NCBI GenBank assembly: GCA_041914085.1
Contig: JAYSEC010000001.1
Coordinates: 3,182-51,391 of the forward strand
Direction: 5' to 3'
DNA length: 48,210 bases
Origin: Nocardioides sp.
Lineage (GTDB): Bacteria; Actinomycetota; Actinomycetes; Propionibacteriales; Nocardioidaceae
The position numbers and the translations under genes are program-made. Shown here one piece after another: positions 1 through 9,135 of this stretch. A model generated the notes under the pieces. The model saw only the letters and a program-made list of their open reading frames with translations, was not told where the DNA came from and ran no database searches. Position 1 is the stretch's first letter; every line of letters begins with the position of its first letter.

Positions 1-82
1 CCCAGTCCTGGCCGGTGACGGTGAAGACGCGGCCCTGGCTGGTCTCGCCGGGCGCTGCGTAGAGGTCCTGCTCAGTACTCAT
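1..82 (-). CDS. nuoD: NADH-quinone oxidoreductase subunit D, 5' fragment (runs off window)
   Basis: ATG at 82 reads MSTEQDLYAAPGETSQGRVFTVTGQDW, typical of the actinobacterial NuoD N-terminus; follows nuoC; AGGAG upstream. Confidence 0.85.
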   Translation of the reverse strand, partial: MSTEQDLYAAPGETSQGRVFTVTGQDW

Positions 83-167
83 ACCTGGACACTCCTGGAG
101 GTGTCGGGGTCCCCGCGGCGTTGTTCGGGGGAGCGAAGCGGAGGAGAAGAACGTTGTGGGGTGACAT

Positions 168-974
168 TCAGTTGTAGCTCCTGCGCTGGTCCGGCGGAGG
201 GATGGAACCGCCCTTGTACTCCACGGGGATGCCGCCGAGCGGGTAGTCCTTGCGCTGCGGGTGGCCCGGCCAGTCGTCGGGCATCAGCACGCGGGTGAGG
301 GCCGGGTGGCCGTCGAAGACCAGCCCGAACATGTCGTAGGTCTCCCGCTCGTGCCAGTCGAGCGTCGGGTAGATGCTCACCAGGCTCGGGAGGTGCGGGT
401 CGGAGTCCGGGACGGACACCTCCAGCCGGATCCGGCGGTTGTGGGTCATCGACGTCAGGTGGTAGACGGCGTGGAGCTCGCGGCCGGTGTCCTCGGGGTA
501 GTGCACCCCGCTGACGCCGGAGCAGAACTCGAAGCGCAGCGCCTCGTCGTCGCGCAGCATCTGGGCGACGAACGGCAGGTCCTCACGGCGCACGTGGAAG
601 GTGATCTCGCCGCGGTGCACCACGACGCTCTCGATGGCCGCGGTCAGCTCGGTGGCCTCCAGCCGCGCCTCGAGGGCGTCGGAGACCTCGTCGAACCAGC
701 CGCCGTAGGGCTTCGCCGACGGCGCCGGGAAGACCTTCGCGCTGACGAGGCCGCCGTAGCCGGAGGTGTCGCCGGTGCCCGTGACGCCGAACATGCCGCG
801 TCGTACGCCGACCGCGCGCACCTCGCCGGTGGGGGCGGGGACGTTCTCGGGCGACTGCTCGGGCGCGGGCTGCTCGACGCCCGTGCCGGTGCCGGTGGCG
901 TCCTTGGCCGACTCGAGGTTGCGCTCCTCGGCGGGGCGCGCCGACTCGTTCTTGTCGCTCTTGTCGTCGGTCAC
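168..974 (-). CDS. nuoC: NADH-quinone oxidoreductase subunit C
   Basis: [11 protein letters not shown] and [12 protein letters not shown] motifs; GTG start overlaps the nuoB stop (GTGA). Confidence 0.95.
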   Translation of the reverse strand: MTDDKSDKNESARPAEERNLESAKDATGTGTGVEQPAPEQSPENVPAPTGEVRAVGVRRGMFGVTGTGDTSGYGGLVSAKVFPAPSAKPYGGWFDEVSDALEARLEATELTAAIESVVVHRGEITFHVRREDLPFVAQMLRDDEALRFEFCSGVSGVHYPEDTGRELHAVYHLTSMTHNRRIRLEVSVPDSDPHLPSLVSIYPTLDWHERETYDMFGLVFDGHPALTRVLMPDDWPGHPQRKDYPLGGIPVEYKGGSIPPPDQRRSYN

Positions 975-1525
975 CGCAGCAGGCCCTTCATCTCCGAGGT
1001 CGGCAGCGCGCGCAGCGCGGCGGTCTCCCGCTCGACGATCTCGTCGCGGCGGTTGGCGCCCAGCTTGGTGTGCTGCACCTGGTCGTGCAGCTTGAGGATC
1101 GCGTCGATGAGCATCTCCGGGCGCGGCGGGCAGCCGGGGAGGTACATGTCGACCGGGACGACGTGGTCGACGCCCTGGACGATCGCGTAGTTGTTGAACA
1201 TCCCGCCGGAGGAGGCGCACACCCCCATCGCCAGCACCCACTTGGGCTCGGGCATCTGGTCGTAGATCTGGCGCAGGACCGGGGCCATCTTCTGGCTGAC
1301 CCGGCCGGCCACGATCATCAGGTCGGCCTGGCGCGGGCTGGCGCGGAAGACCTCCATGCCGAAGCGCGCGAGGTCGTACTTCGGGCCCCCGGTGGTCATC
1401 ATCTCGATGGCGCAGCAGGCCAGGCCGAAGGTGGCCGGCCAGAACGACGCCTTGCGCATGTAGCCGGCGACGCCCTCGACGGTGGTGAGCAGGACGCCGG
1501 ACGGCAGCTTCTCCTCGAGTCCCAT
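971..1525 (-). CDS. nuoB: NADH-quinone oxidoreductase subunit B
   Basis: [20 protein letters not shown] and PGCPPRPE Fe-S motifs; AAGGAG SD. Confidence 0.97.
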   Translation of the reverse strand: MGLEEKLPSGVLLTTVEGVAGYMRKASFWPATFGLACCAIEMMTTGGPKYDLARFGMEVFRASPRQADLMIVAGRVSQKMAPVLRQIYDQMPEPKWVLAMGVCASSGGMFNNYAIVQGVDHVVPVDMYLPGCPPRPEMLIDAILKLHDQVQHTKLGANRRDEIVERETAALRALPTSEMKGLLR

Positions 1526-1570
1526 GTCAGATCTCCTTCTGAGGGTCGTGAGGTGCGTGCATCACGGGCC

Positions 1571-1930
1571 TCAGTCCCAGTCGAGCCCGCCGCGGCGCCA
1601 CACGTAGGCGTACGCGACGAAGACGGTGGCGATGAACAGGACCATCTCGACGAGGCCGAACAGGCGCATCGCGTCGAAGTGGACCGCCCACGGGTACAGG
1701 AAGATGATCTCGATGTCGAAGACGATGAAGAGCATCGCGGTGATGAAGTACTTCACCGGGAACCGTCCGCCGCCGACGGGCTGCGGCGTGGGCTCGATGC
1801 CGCACTCGTAGGAGTCGAGCTTGGCCCGGTTGTAGCGCTTCGGGCCGATGAAGGCACTCATGATCACGGAGAAGACCGCGAAACCGGTCGCGATCAGTGC
1901 CAGCGCGAGGATCGGCGTGTAGAGCTCCAT
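1571..1930 (-). CDS. nuoA: NADH-quinone oxidoreductase subunit A
   Basis: YECGIEP and FIVFDIEIIFLYPWA motifs, three hydrophobic segments; start MELYTP after AAGGGAAG. Confidence 0.96.
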   Translation of the reverse strand: MELYTPILALALIATGFAVFSVIMSAFIGPKRYNRAKLDSYECGIEPTPQPVGGGRFPVKYFITAMLFIVFDIEIIFLYPWAVHFDAMRLFGLVEMVLFIATVFVAYAYVWRRGGLDWD

Positions 1931-1980
1931 CGCTTCCCTTCCGGTGGACCTGCGCCCGAGTCGGGTGGAGACATGTGACC

Positions 1981-1998
1981 TTGTGAATGTCTTCACGA
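1981..1998. promoter_or_regulatory. Rex operator upstream of nuoA
   Basis: TTGTGAA-TGTC-TTCACGA, one mismatch to the Rex consensus TTGTGAA-N4-TTCACAA; about 50 nt upstream of nuoA; rex is encoded in this window. Confidence 0.85.
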
Positions 1999-2121
1999 GT
2001 GGCGCGGGCCACAGTCTAGGACGCTGGTGCGGCGTGCGTCACCTCGGGGTGCAGACCATCGATCCGGGCTCTGACCTGCGGATTTAGGCCATGAGGCCGT
2101 GCCCTAAATCGAGGGCCTCGC

Positions 2122-2811
2122 TCAGGCCGTGGCGCGGTGCAGGGCGACGATGCCGCCCGTGAGGTTGCGCCACTCCGGCCGCTGCCAGCCGGCCTCGGCG
2201 ATCATCGCGGCGAGACCCTCCTGGTCGGGCCACGCCCGGATCGACTCGGCGAGGTAGACGTAGGCGTCGGCCGCGCTCGCGGTCACCGAGGCGATCTGCG
2301 GGAGGGCCCGCATGAAGCCGTCGAGGTAGACGGCGCGGAACGCAGCGTTCGTCGGACGGCTGAACTCGCACACCACCAGGCGTCCCCCCGGCCGGGTCAC
2401 GCGCAGCATCTCCGCCAGGCCCGCGACCGGGTCGACGAAGTTGCGCAGGCCGTAGGAGATGGTGACCGCGTCGAAGGTGTCGTCGAGGAACGGCAGCCGG
2501 GTGCCGTCACCGGCCACGAAGGGCAGCGACGGCCGGTCCTTCTTGCCCTGCCGGAGCATGCCGACGGAGAAGTCGCACGGGACCGCAGTCGCGCCGTGCG
2601 CGAAGAACGGCTCGCTGGAGCAGCCGGTTCCGGCGGCCAGGTCGAGGACGAGGTCGCCCTGACGCGGGTCCACCGCGGCGACCATGGACCGCCGCCAGCT
2701 GCGCTGGATGCCGGCGGTCATCAGGTCGTTGGTCAGGTCGTAGCGCTTGGCCACGGTGTCGAACATGCGACGTACGTCGGTCGGTTGCTTGTCCAGGTCA
2801 GCGCGGGCCAC
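2122..2811 (-). CDS. menG: Demethylmenaquinone methyltransferase (UbiE/MenG)
   Basis: [25 protein letters not shown] motif, YVYLAESI; TACGCT -10 six nt before GTG (leaderless). Confidence 0.93.
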   Translation of the reverse strand: MARADLDKQPTDVRRMFDTVAKRYDLTNDLMTAGIQRSWRRSMVAAVDPRQGDLVLDLAAGTGCSSEPFFAHGATAVPCDFSVGMLRQGKKDRPSLPFVAGDGTRLPFLDDTFDAVTISYGLRNFVDPVAGLAEMLRVTRPGGRLVVCEFSRPTNAAFRAVYLDGFMRALPQIASVTASAADAYVYLAESIRAWPDQEGLAAMIAEAGWQRPEWRNLTGGIVALHRATA

Positions 2812-2844
2812 GCGCCGAGCGTAGGCGTCCGCAGCCCGGGACGT

Positions 2845-2870
2845 GCAACGCGGGGGTGTCGGCGCGCGTC
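2845..2870 (+). promoter_or_regulatory. Putative ECF (SigE-type) promoter for the L,D-transpeptidase
   Basis: GCAAC-N17-CGTC, resembling the Streptomyces cell-envelope SigE consensus. Confidence 0.5.
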
Positions 2871-2913
2871 CCTATGATCACCACTGCCGATGGCTTCCAG
2901 GGGGAGGATCCAC

Positions 2914-3909
2914 ATGTCACACAGGCGTCTGCTCGCGCTCGCCCTCGCACTCGTGTGCGCCCTGACCGGCGTCACCGCGCTCACCGGGCCGGGCACCGCC
3001 TCCGCGGCACCGTCCGACCGGAGCGCCTTCACGCCCCTGCAGCTCGGCGACACCGGCTGGCGCGTCCGCGAGCTGCAGAGCAGGCTGCACCAGCTCGACC
3101 TGCACTCCGAGGTCGTCACCAGCCGGTTCGACCGCGAGACGCAGGCGGGGGTGGCGACGTTCCAGCGGCGCCGCGGCTGGACCGCCGACGGAGTGGTCGA
3201 CCAGCGCACGTGGCGACGGATCACCGCGCTGACGACCGAGCCGACCACCGAGGCGCTCCACAACGTCTACACGCCCGGACGGCCCCTGCTCCAGCGCGGC
3301 GACACCGGCATGTGGGTGCGCCAGGTGCAGGCCCGGCTGCAGCAGGTCCGCTGGTACGACGGCGCCGTGACGGGGCGCTACGCCGCCTCCACGGTGAAGG
3401 CCGTCGAGGGCTTCCAGGCCAAGCGGCGGATCCCGGTCACCGGCCAGGTCGACCGTCGTACGCTCTCGCGGCTCAAGGAGATGACGCGGCAGCCGACGAG
3501 GGCCGAGCTGTTCAACATCGTGCCGTCCGGACCGGCCCTCGACCCGCGGTGCACGACCGGGCGGGCGATGTGCGTGGACAAGACGTCACGCTCGCTGCGC
3601 TGGGTGGTCGACGGGGTCGTCCGCAAGAGCGTCGAGGTCCGCTTCGGGTCCGACGAGCTGCCGACCCGCGAGGGCGCCTTCGCCGTGTTCCGGAAGTCCC
3701 GTGACCACGTGTCCAGCCTCTACGACACCCCGATGCCGTTCGCGATGTTCTTCTCCGGCGGCCAGGCGGTGCACTACTCCCCCGACTTCGCGGCGAACGG
3801 CTACGACGGCGCCTCCCACGGGTGCGTCAACGTGCGCGACCGGGCGGCCGTGGAGTGGCTCTTCGACCAGGTCAGGATCGGCGACAAGGTGATCGTCTAC
3901 CGATCCTGA
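2914..3909 (+). CDS. Secreted L,D-transpeptidase with two peptidoglycan-binding domains
   Basis: Signal peptide; two LQxGDTG..VR.LQ.RL..FQ..G.VD..T PG-binding repeats; YkuD motif HYS...SHGCVN; GGGGAGG SD. Confidence 0.9.
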   Translation: MSHRRLLALALALVCALTGVTALTGPGTASAAPSDRSAFTPLQLGDTGWRVRELQSRLHQLDLHSEVVTSRFDRETQAGVATFQRRRGWTADGVVDQRTWRRITALTTEPTTEALHNVYTPGRPLLQRGDTGMWVRQVQARLQQVRWYDGAVTGRYAASTVKAVEGFQAKRRIPVTGQVDRRTLSRLKEMTRQPTRAELFNIVPSGPALDPRCTTGRAMCVDKTSRSLRWVVDGVVRKSVEVRFGSDELPTREGAFAVFRKSRDHVSSLYDTPMPFAMFFSGGQAVHYSPDFAANGYDGASHGCVNVRDRAAVEWLFDQVRIGDKVIVYRS

Positions 3910-3924
3910 CCTCGGCCGGGGCGC

Positions 3925-4290
3925 TCAGATCTCGAGCTGCGTGGAGAGCGTGGCGAGCTTGTGCCGCGCCATCGCCAGGTTCGCGCGGCCCTTGTCCAGC
4001 ACGAGGTAGATGAACAGGCCCGGGTGGCCCTTGGGCAGGTTGATCAGGTGGTAGGCCTTGCCCAGCGTGATGAGGATGTCCTCGATGTGGTCGTCGAGGC
4101 CGAGGCTCTCCATCGTGCGCATCTTCGAGCGCACCACGTCGGTGTTGCCGGCGGCGGCCACGTCGAGGTTGAGCACGCTCGCGTCGCCGGCCTGGCCCAG
4201 GGCCATGCCCGACTGGTAGTCGACGAGCAGGGCGGCGACGGCACCGTCGATGCCGACGGCCTCCTTGAGGATGACGTCAACGTTGGTCAT
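3925..4290 (-). CDS. Roadblock/LC7-like small protein
   Basis: 121 aa; IDGAVAALLVDYQSGM...AAAGNTDVVRSK...EDILITL...NLAMARH pattern; GAAGGA SD. Confidence 0.75.
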   Translation of the reverse strand: MTNVDVILKEAVGIDGAVAALLVDYQSGMALGQAGDASVLNLDVAAAGNTDVVRSKMRTMESLGLDDHIEDILITLGKAYHLINLPKGHPGLFIYLVLDKGRANLAMARHKLATLSTQLEI

Positions 4291-4394
4291 GTCAGTTCCT
4301 TCGTGTTCGTCCTGGCCACCACGGCCAGGAGGGTTCGGGGGCGTACGACGCGCGCGGCGCCGCACGGTGAGGGAGAGTCGGGAGCGTCGCTCCG

Positions 4395-5645
4395 TCATCG
4401 GGGGCCCTGGCCGGCCTGGGCCAGCAGCAGCCTGTCGAGATAGGACTCACCGCCGAAGAGCGGCAGCGACGGCAGCGCGAAGGCGGATGGTTCGGGCTCC
4501 GGCGCCGGCGTCTCGCGGTCGTTGTCGAACTGGAAGTCCCGCCCGGGCTCGCGGCGGGACCGGCGCGGCAGCGTCGAGGCGTCGCCGAGGATCACGGGCG
4601 GCGGGACGGGGAGGTCGGCCGGGAGCAGTCCGGCGGCCGGGCCCCACGTCCGGCCGCCGGCCTCGACCACCGCCCTCCCGACGCGGTCCGGGAGGTCGTC
4701 CGCGACGAGCAGCTCGAGGTGCCCGCCCAGCCAGGCGGCGAACGCGCTCGCGTCGGTGCCGCGGGGCCGGCCGGAGCGCCGGCGCAGCAGCTGGCGAGCG
4801 GGAGAGTCCTCGAGGACGGCGGGGAGCCCGGCGGCGGCGTCGGACGACACCGCGAGCACCGTGGGGCCCAGGTCGGCCAGCTCCTCGGCCAGGCGCTGGT
4901 GGTCCGCGACGTGGCGCAGGGTGCAGCCGGCCGCGACGTGCGCCTCGCGCACCAGCTGGACGGTCGCGTCGGCCACGTCGCCCACCAGCACGACCACGGC
5001 GTCCGGCGCCAGGACCGGGGCGCCTCCGGCGCCGGGGCCCACCCGCGCGAGCGGGGCACCCGCCCGCAGGACCCGCGGGCCGGAGAGTGCGGGGTCGACG
5101 ACACGGTCGGCGCGCGCGACGGCGTCCGGGTCCATCGTCAGCCGCTCGGCGCCGAGGCCCAGCAGCCGCTCCCAGCCGCGCCCCGCGTCGAGGGCGAACA
5201 TCTCGGCCGAGCGGAAGGTCAGGCCGTGCAGGCGCCGCAGGTCGGCCTCGTCCTCCGCGACCACCAGGCGCACGTCGACGTCCTCGAGCGCGCGCACCAG
5301 GTCGGCGGTGGAGGCGCCGGGCGAGACGTGGACCACGACCGCGCCGATGGCCTGCAGGGCCAGGTCGAGCTCGGGCCAGGCGTGCCCTGCCGGCAGCAGG
5401 GACACGACGACCTGGTCGGCACGCAGGCCGCTGCGGACGAGTCCCGCACCGGCGCGCTCGACCGCCTGCGCGACCTGCGCCCAGGTGCGGTGGTCGGGCT
5501 CGTCGCCCGCCCGGACGACGTACGCGACGTCGTCGCCGCGCGTGCGGGCGTGCTCCCGCACCGTCCGGAACTGCGAGGACGTCCCCTGCGCGTCCACGAC
5601 CCCCGTCGGCAGCGCAGGGGCGCGGGTCACCGGGATGTAGGCCAT
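4395..5645 (-). CDS. Degenerate AMP-binding-fold protein (acyl-CoA synthetase-like, no catalytic motifs)
   Basis: RTWAQV and LQAIGAVVV resemble the A1/A2 regions; no TSGxTG loop and no GYGxTE; AAAGGGG SD before MAYIPV. Confidence 0.7.
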   Translation of the reverse strand: MAYIPVTRAPALPTGVVDAQGTSSQFRTVREHARTRGDDVAYVVRAGDEPDHRTWAQVAQAVERAGAGLVRSGLRADQVVVSLLPAGHAWPELDLALQAIGAVVVHVSPGASTADLVRALEDVDVRLVVAEDEADLRRLHGLTFRSAEMFALDAGRGWERLLGLGAERLTMDPDAVARADRVVDPALSGPRVLRAGAPLARVGPGAGGAPVLAPDAVVVLVGDVADATVQLVREAHVAAGCTLRHVADHQRLAEELADLGPTVLAVSSDAAAGLPAVLEDSPARQLLRRRSGRPRGTDASAFAAWLGGHLELLVADDLPDRVGRAVVEAGGRTWGPAAGLLPADLPVPPPVILGDASTLPRRSRREPGRDFQFDNDRETPAPEPEPSAFALPSLPLFGGESYLDRLLLAQAGQGPR

Positions 5646-5789
5646 CTCGAACCCCTTTCGCAGCCGACCAAGTTGATGGCTCAATCGTTCCGCGAGGATT
5701 GCTTCGCGTCCGGGTTGTTACCCGTCCGTGGCAGTGAGGTGGCCAAATGCGGCGGCACGTCCCAGTGGGTGGGACGCGCGTCCGGCGGG

Positions 5790-6965
5790 CTAGGAGCCCG
5801 AGAGCGTGAAGGCCGAGTCCAGGCCGCTGCGGCCGCCCCGACGCGGCAGCGCGGCGTCCGGGACCTCGACGGCGGGCGCGTCCGGCACCGCCACCACCGC
5901 GTGCTCGCGCGCCAGGTCGAGCCGGACCGCCGGGTGGTGCGCGATCCGCCCGATGCGGAAGCCGAACGTGGTGGCCAGGCCGCTGACGGTGCGGTTGACG
6001 CGCGTGTCGAGGACGAGCACCTCGAGGCGGCCGCCCCACCACGGCGCGAGGGCGGAGACCTCCCCCGCCAGCTTCCTGGTCCGCGAGGTCAGCTTCGCCT
6101 CGGCGACCCGGGCCGAGGTGGCCTCCAGGACCTCCTGCGGCGTCTCGTGCCACGGCGTCCCGTCGATGCGGCCCGCGACGATGAGCTCCTCGAGCACCCG
6201 GGCGGTGACGTGGTCGAGCAGGACGTGCGTCGGCGACCAGGCTGCGAGAGCGGGCTCGAGCTGCTCGGGACGCTCCACCCAGACGAGCAGGCAGCCGGCG
6301 CTGAGGTGCGCGTCGCGGACGACGGTGGTGAACCGGTCGCTGGCCTCGCCGGTCAGGAGCACGACGTCCTCGGCCACGAGGTCGGTGAGCATGCCCGAGG
6401 ACTCCGGGCGGAACAGCCAGGCGTGGGACTTCTCGCGCGGCAGGCCGAGGACGGCGCTGGACGGGGCGCCGGACCGGGCGGAGTCGACCCATCGGAGCAG
6501 GTCGGGCTGGCGCTTGCGCCGGTCGAGCCCCATCGCCCGCAGCCGCTCCCACGACCGGTCGTCGCACTCGAAGAGCTGGGCGTCCATCAGCCCCGCCCGC
6601 CGCAGCAGGACCAGCCGGCTCTCGTGGTCGACGATCACCAGGCGCACCTCGATCTCGTCGAGGAGGCGGCCCACCTCGTGCGGGTCCATGTGGTCGGGCA
6701 GCAGGAGCGGGACCGCGCCGGCGACGCGCGTGGCGAGCTCGAGCTCGAGCTGGCGGATGCCGGTCGGCACCCGGATGACCACGACCTGGCCCGGGTTGAC
6801 CCCGGCCTCGATCATGCCGGCGGCACCGTCGATCACCCGGCGGTAGAGCTCGTTCCAGGTCAGCGACGCCCAGGAGCCCCCGCGCTGCTCGGCGACCGCG
6901 ACCTCGAGCGCACGGCCGCGCGCGTGGCGCTCCAGGCGCGTCAGGGGCGATTCGTGAACAGGCAC
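5790..6965 (-). CDS. Degenerate AMP-binding-fold protein, paralog of 4395-5645
   Basis: LTWNELY and RVAGAVP A1/A2-like regions; no P-loop; GAGGAG SD before GTG 6965. Confidence 0.7.
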   Translation of the reverse strand: MPVHESPLTRLERHARGRALEVAVAEQRGGSWASLTWNELYRRVIDGAAGMIEAGVNPGQVVVIRVPTGIRQLELELATRVAGAVPLLLPDHMDPHEVGRLLDEIEVRLVIVDHESRLVLLRRAGLMDAQLFECDDRSWERLRAMGLDRRKRQPDLLRWVDSARSGAPSSAVLGLPREKSHAWLFRPESSGMLTDLVAEDVVLLTGEASDRFTTVVRDAHLSAGCLLVWVERPEQLEPALAAWSPTHVLLDHVTARVLEELIVAGRIDGTPWHETPQEVLEATSARVAEAKLTSRTRKLAGEVSALAPWWGGRLEVLVLDTRVNRTVSGLATTFGFRIGRIAHHPAVRLDLAREHAVVAVPDAPAVEVPDAALPRRGGRSGLDSAFTLSGS

Positions 6966-7083
6966 TTGCGAGCTCCTCTGCACGTCGTGTACGGCGGCAA
7001 CCTAGGTGATCCACGTCGCTCCTGTTCGTGGTTTGTCGATGTTGTTCACGAGCGCTGGACCGCCCGGCGTACGCTCTCCCCTC

Positions 7084-8337
7084 GTGACGACCCCCGCGTC
7101 CGCCCCCGCCCCGGGAGGCACCGCACCGCTCGTGGTGCGCACCGTCCCGGTCGACCTGGGCGACCTCGCCCTCCTCGACCTGCTCCCCGAGCAGTCGCCG
7201 GTCAGCTGGCTGCGCCGCGGCGAGGGCCTCGTCGGCTGGGGCGAGGCCGCGCGGCTGGAGACCTCCGGACCGACCCGCTTCAGCGACGCGGTGAAGTGGT
7301 GGTCGGAGACCGTCGCCCGTGCCGAGGTCGAGGACGGGGTCGGCGAGCCGGGCACGGGGCTGGTCTGCTTCGGCGCCTTCGCCTTCGCCGACGAGCCGGG
7401 CGACTCCGTGCTGGTCGTCCCGCAGGTCGTCGTGGGCCGTCGCGGCGACCGCACCTGGCTGACGACCGTCTCGGTCGAGGCGCCCGACCTCCGGCCCGCG
7501 CCGGCGCCGCGGCCGCCGGTCGGCCTCACCTTCTCCGACGGCGCCCGCAACGGCGAGGAGTGGATGTCCGTCGTCGCCGAGGCGGTCTCCCGCATCGCGT
7601 CGGGCGACCTGGAGAAGGTCGTGCTCGCCCGCGACCTCATCGCCTCGACCGACGAGCCGCTGGACGTCCGCTGGCCGCTGCGCCGCCTCGCCGCCCAGTA
7701 CGAGATGTGCTGGACCTTCCACGTGGACGGGCTCTTCGGCGCCACGCCCGAGATGCTGGTGCGGCGCGAGCGCGGCCTGGTCACCTCGCGCGTGCTGGCC
7801 GGCACCATCCGCCGCACCGGCGACGACGAGCGCGACCTCGCGCTGGCCGCCACCCTCGCCCGCTCGTCGAAGGACCTCGAGGAGCACGAGTACGCCGTCC
7901 GCTCGGTCGCCGACGCGCTCGAGCCGCACTGCTCGTCGATGAACGTGCCGGAGGCGCCGTTCGTGCTGCACCTCCCCAACGTCATGCACCTGGCCACCGA
8001 CGTGAACGGCGTCGTGCACGACGTCGCGACGTCGCTGCAGCTCGCCGAGTCGCTGCACCCCTCGGCCGCCGTCGGCGGGACCCCGACGCCCGCGGCCACG
8101 CGCCTCATCGCCGAGATCGAGGGCATGCCCCGCGACCGCTATGCCGGGCCTGTCGGGTGGATGGACGCCTCGGGCGACGGCGAGTGGGGCATCGCGCTGC
8201 GCTCCGCGGCCGTCACCGACGGCGGCGTACGGCTCTTCGCCGGCTGCGGCATCGTCGCCAGCTCCGACCCGGAGGCCGAGCTCGCGGAGTCGCAGGCGAA
8301 GTTCGTCCCGGTGCGCGACGCGCTCGAGGCGGGCTGA
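7084..8337 (+). CDS. menF: Isochorismate synthase
   Basis: KVVLAR, GATPE, LAGT, KDLEEH, LHPSAAVGG, YAGPVGW, FAGCGIV; lies in the men cluster. Confidence 0.9.
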   Translation: MTTPASAPAPGGTAPLVVRTVPVDLGDLALLDLLPEQSPVSWLRRGEGLVGWGEAARLETSGPTRFSDAVKWWSETVARAEVEDGVGEPGTGLVCFGAFAFADEPGDSVLVVPQVVVGRRGDRTWLTTVSVEAPDLRPAPAPRPPVGLTFSDGARNGEEWMSVVAEAVSRIASGDLEKVVLARDLIASTDEPLDVRWPLRRLAAQYEMCWTFHVDGLFGATPEMLVRRERGLVTSRVLAGTIRRTGDDERDLALAATLARSSKDLEEHEYAVRSVADALEPHCSSMNVPEAPFVLHLPNVMHLATDVNGVVHDVATSLQLAESLHPSAAVGGTPTPAATRLIAEIEGMPRDRYAGPVGWMDASGDGEWGIALRSAAVTDGGVRLFAGCGIVASSDPEAELAESQAKFVPVRDALEAG

Positions 8338-8353
8338 CGCCTGACGGCAGGAC

Positions 8354-8989
8354 CTAGAGGTCCTGGCCGGGCTCGCGCCGCTCGAAGGTGACGCCCTCGG
8401 GCAGCAGGTTGGCCATGTGGGTGGCGACCATGTCGAGGCCGACGTCGCTGTAGACGCGGTCGTGGATCGCCAACGAGGTCGGTGCCGCGACCTCGCGGAC
8501 GAAGTCGATCGCCTCGGAGACCTTGAGCCACGGCGCGCTGACCGGCGCGAGGAGGACGTCGACCGCGCGCGGCGGCGGCGTCAGCGCGTCGCCGGGGTGG
8601 TAGAGCCCGCGGCCGCCCGCCTCGAGGAGGTAGCCGGAGTTGTCGAACCGGTCGTAGTCGGGGTGGATCACCGCATGCAGCTCACCGACGACCTCGACGT
8701 GGACGCCGGCCACCTCGAGCCGGTCGCCGGGCCGCACGACCGTGACGCGCTCGGCCACCTCGGGCGCCTCCGCGCGCAGCCGGCGCTCGACCGCGGCGAT
8801 GGTCCAGATCGGCGCGTCGCTCCCGCGGAGGTGGTCGGGGTGGACGTGGTCGGCGTGCTCGTGCGTGATGAGCACGGCGTCCGCACCGTCGAGGGCGGCG
8901 GCGTCGGTGAAGACCCCGGGATCGAGCACGAGCACGCGCCCGTCCTGCTCGACCCGCACACAGGCATGCCCGAACTTGGTGATGCGCAT
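8354..8989 (-). CDS. MBL-fold metallo-hydrolase
   Basis: GHAC, THEHADH, HPGD and AIHD motifs. Confidence 0.88.
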   Translation of the reverse strand: MRITKFGHACVRVEQDGRVLVLDPGVFTDAAALDGADAVLITHEHADHVHPDHLRGSDAPIWTIAAVERRLRAEAPEVAERVTVVRPGDRLEVAGVHVEVVGELHAVIHPDYDRFDNSGYLLEAGGRGLYHPGDALTPPPRAVDVLLAPVSAPWLKVSEAIDFVREVAAPTSLAIHDRVYSDVGLDMVATHMANLLPEGVTFERREPGQDL

Positions 8990-9135
8990 GGAGTCACCCT
9001 ATGCCTGCGCTCGTGCGGGCCACTTCGCCTGTCGAATGCGTGACGGGTGGGGTGCGAGGTTAGGGTGGTGCCGCCTCCGACGGGTGGAGTGCCCTGGGGG
9101 AAACACCAATCGCACCCGAGACGAAGAGAGTTCAC

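Noticed and set aside
7032-7051. Rex-like half-site (TTCACGA) in the divergent region before menF
   Set aside because: The second half-site matches poorly and the spacing is wrong; too weak to call
9042-9120. Possible riboswitch upstream of GH16 (GGGTGCGA/TCGCACCC stem, GACGGGTGG direct repeat)
   Set aside because: No recognisable riboswitch consensus, and a likely -10 (TAGGGT, 9061-9066) would start transcription inside the stem
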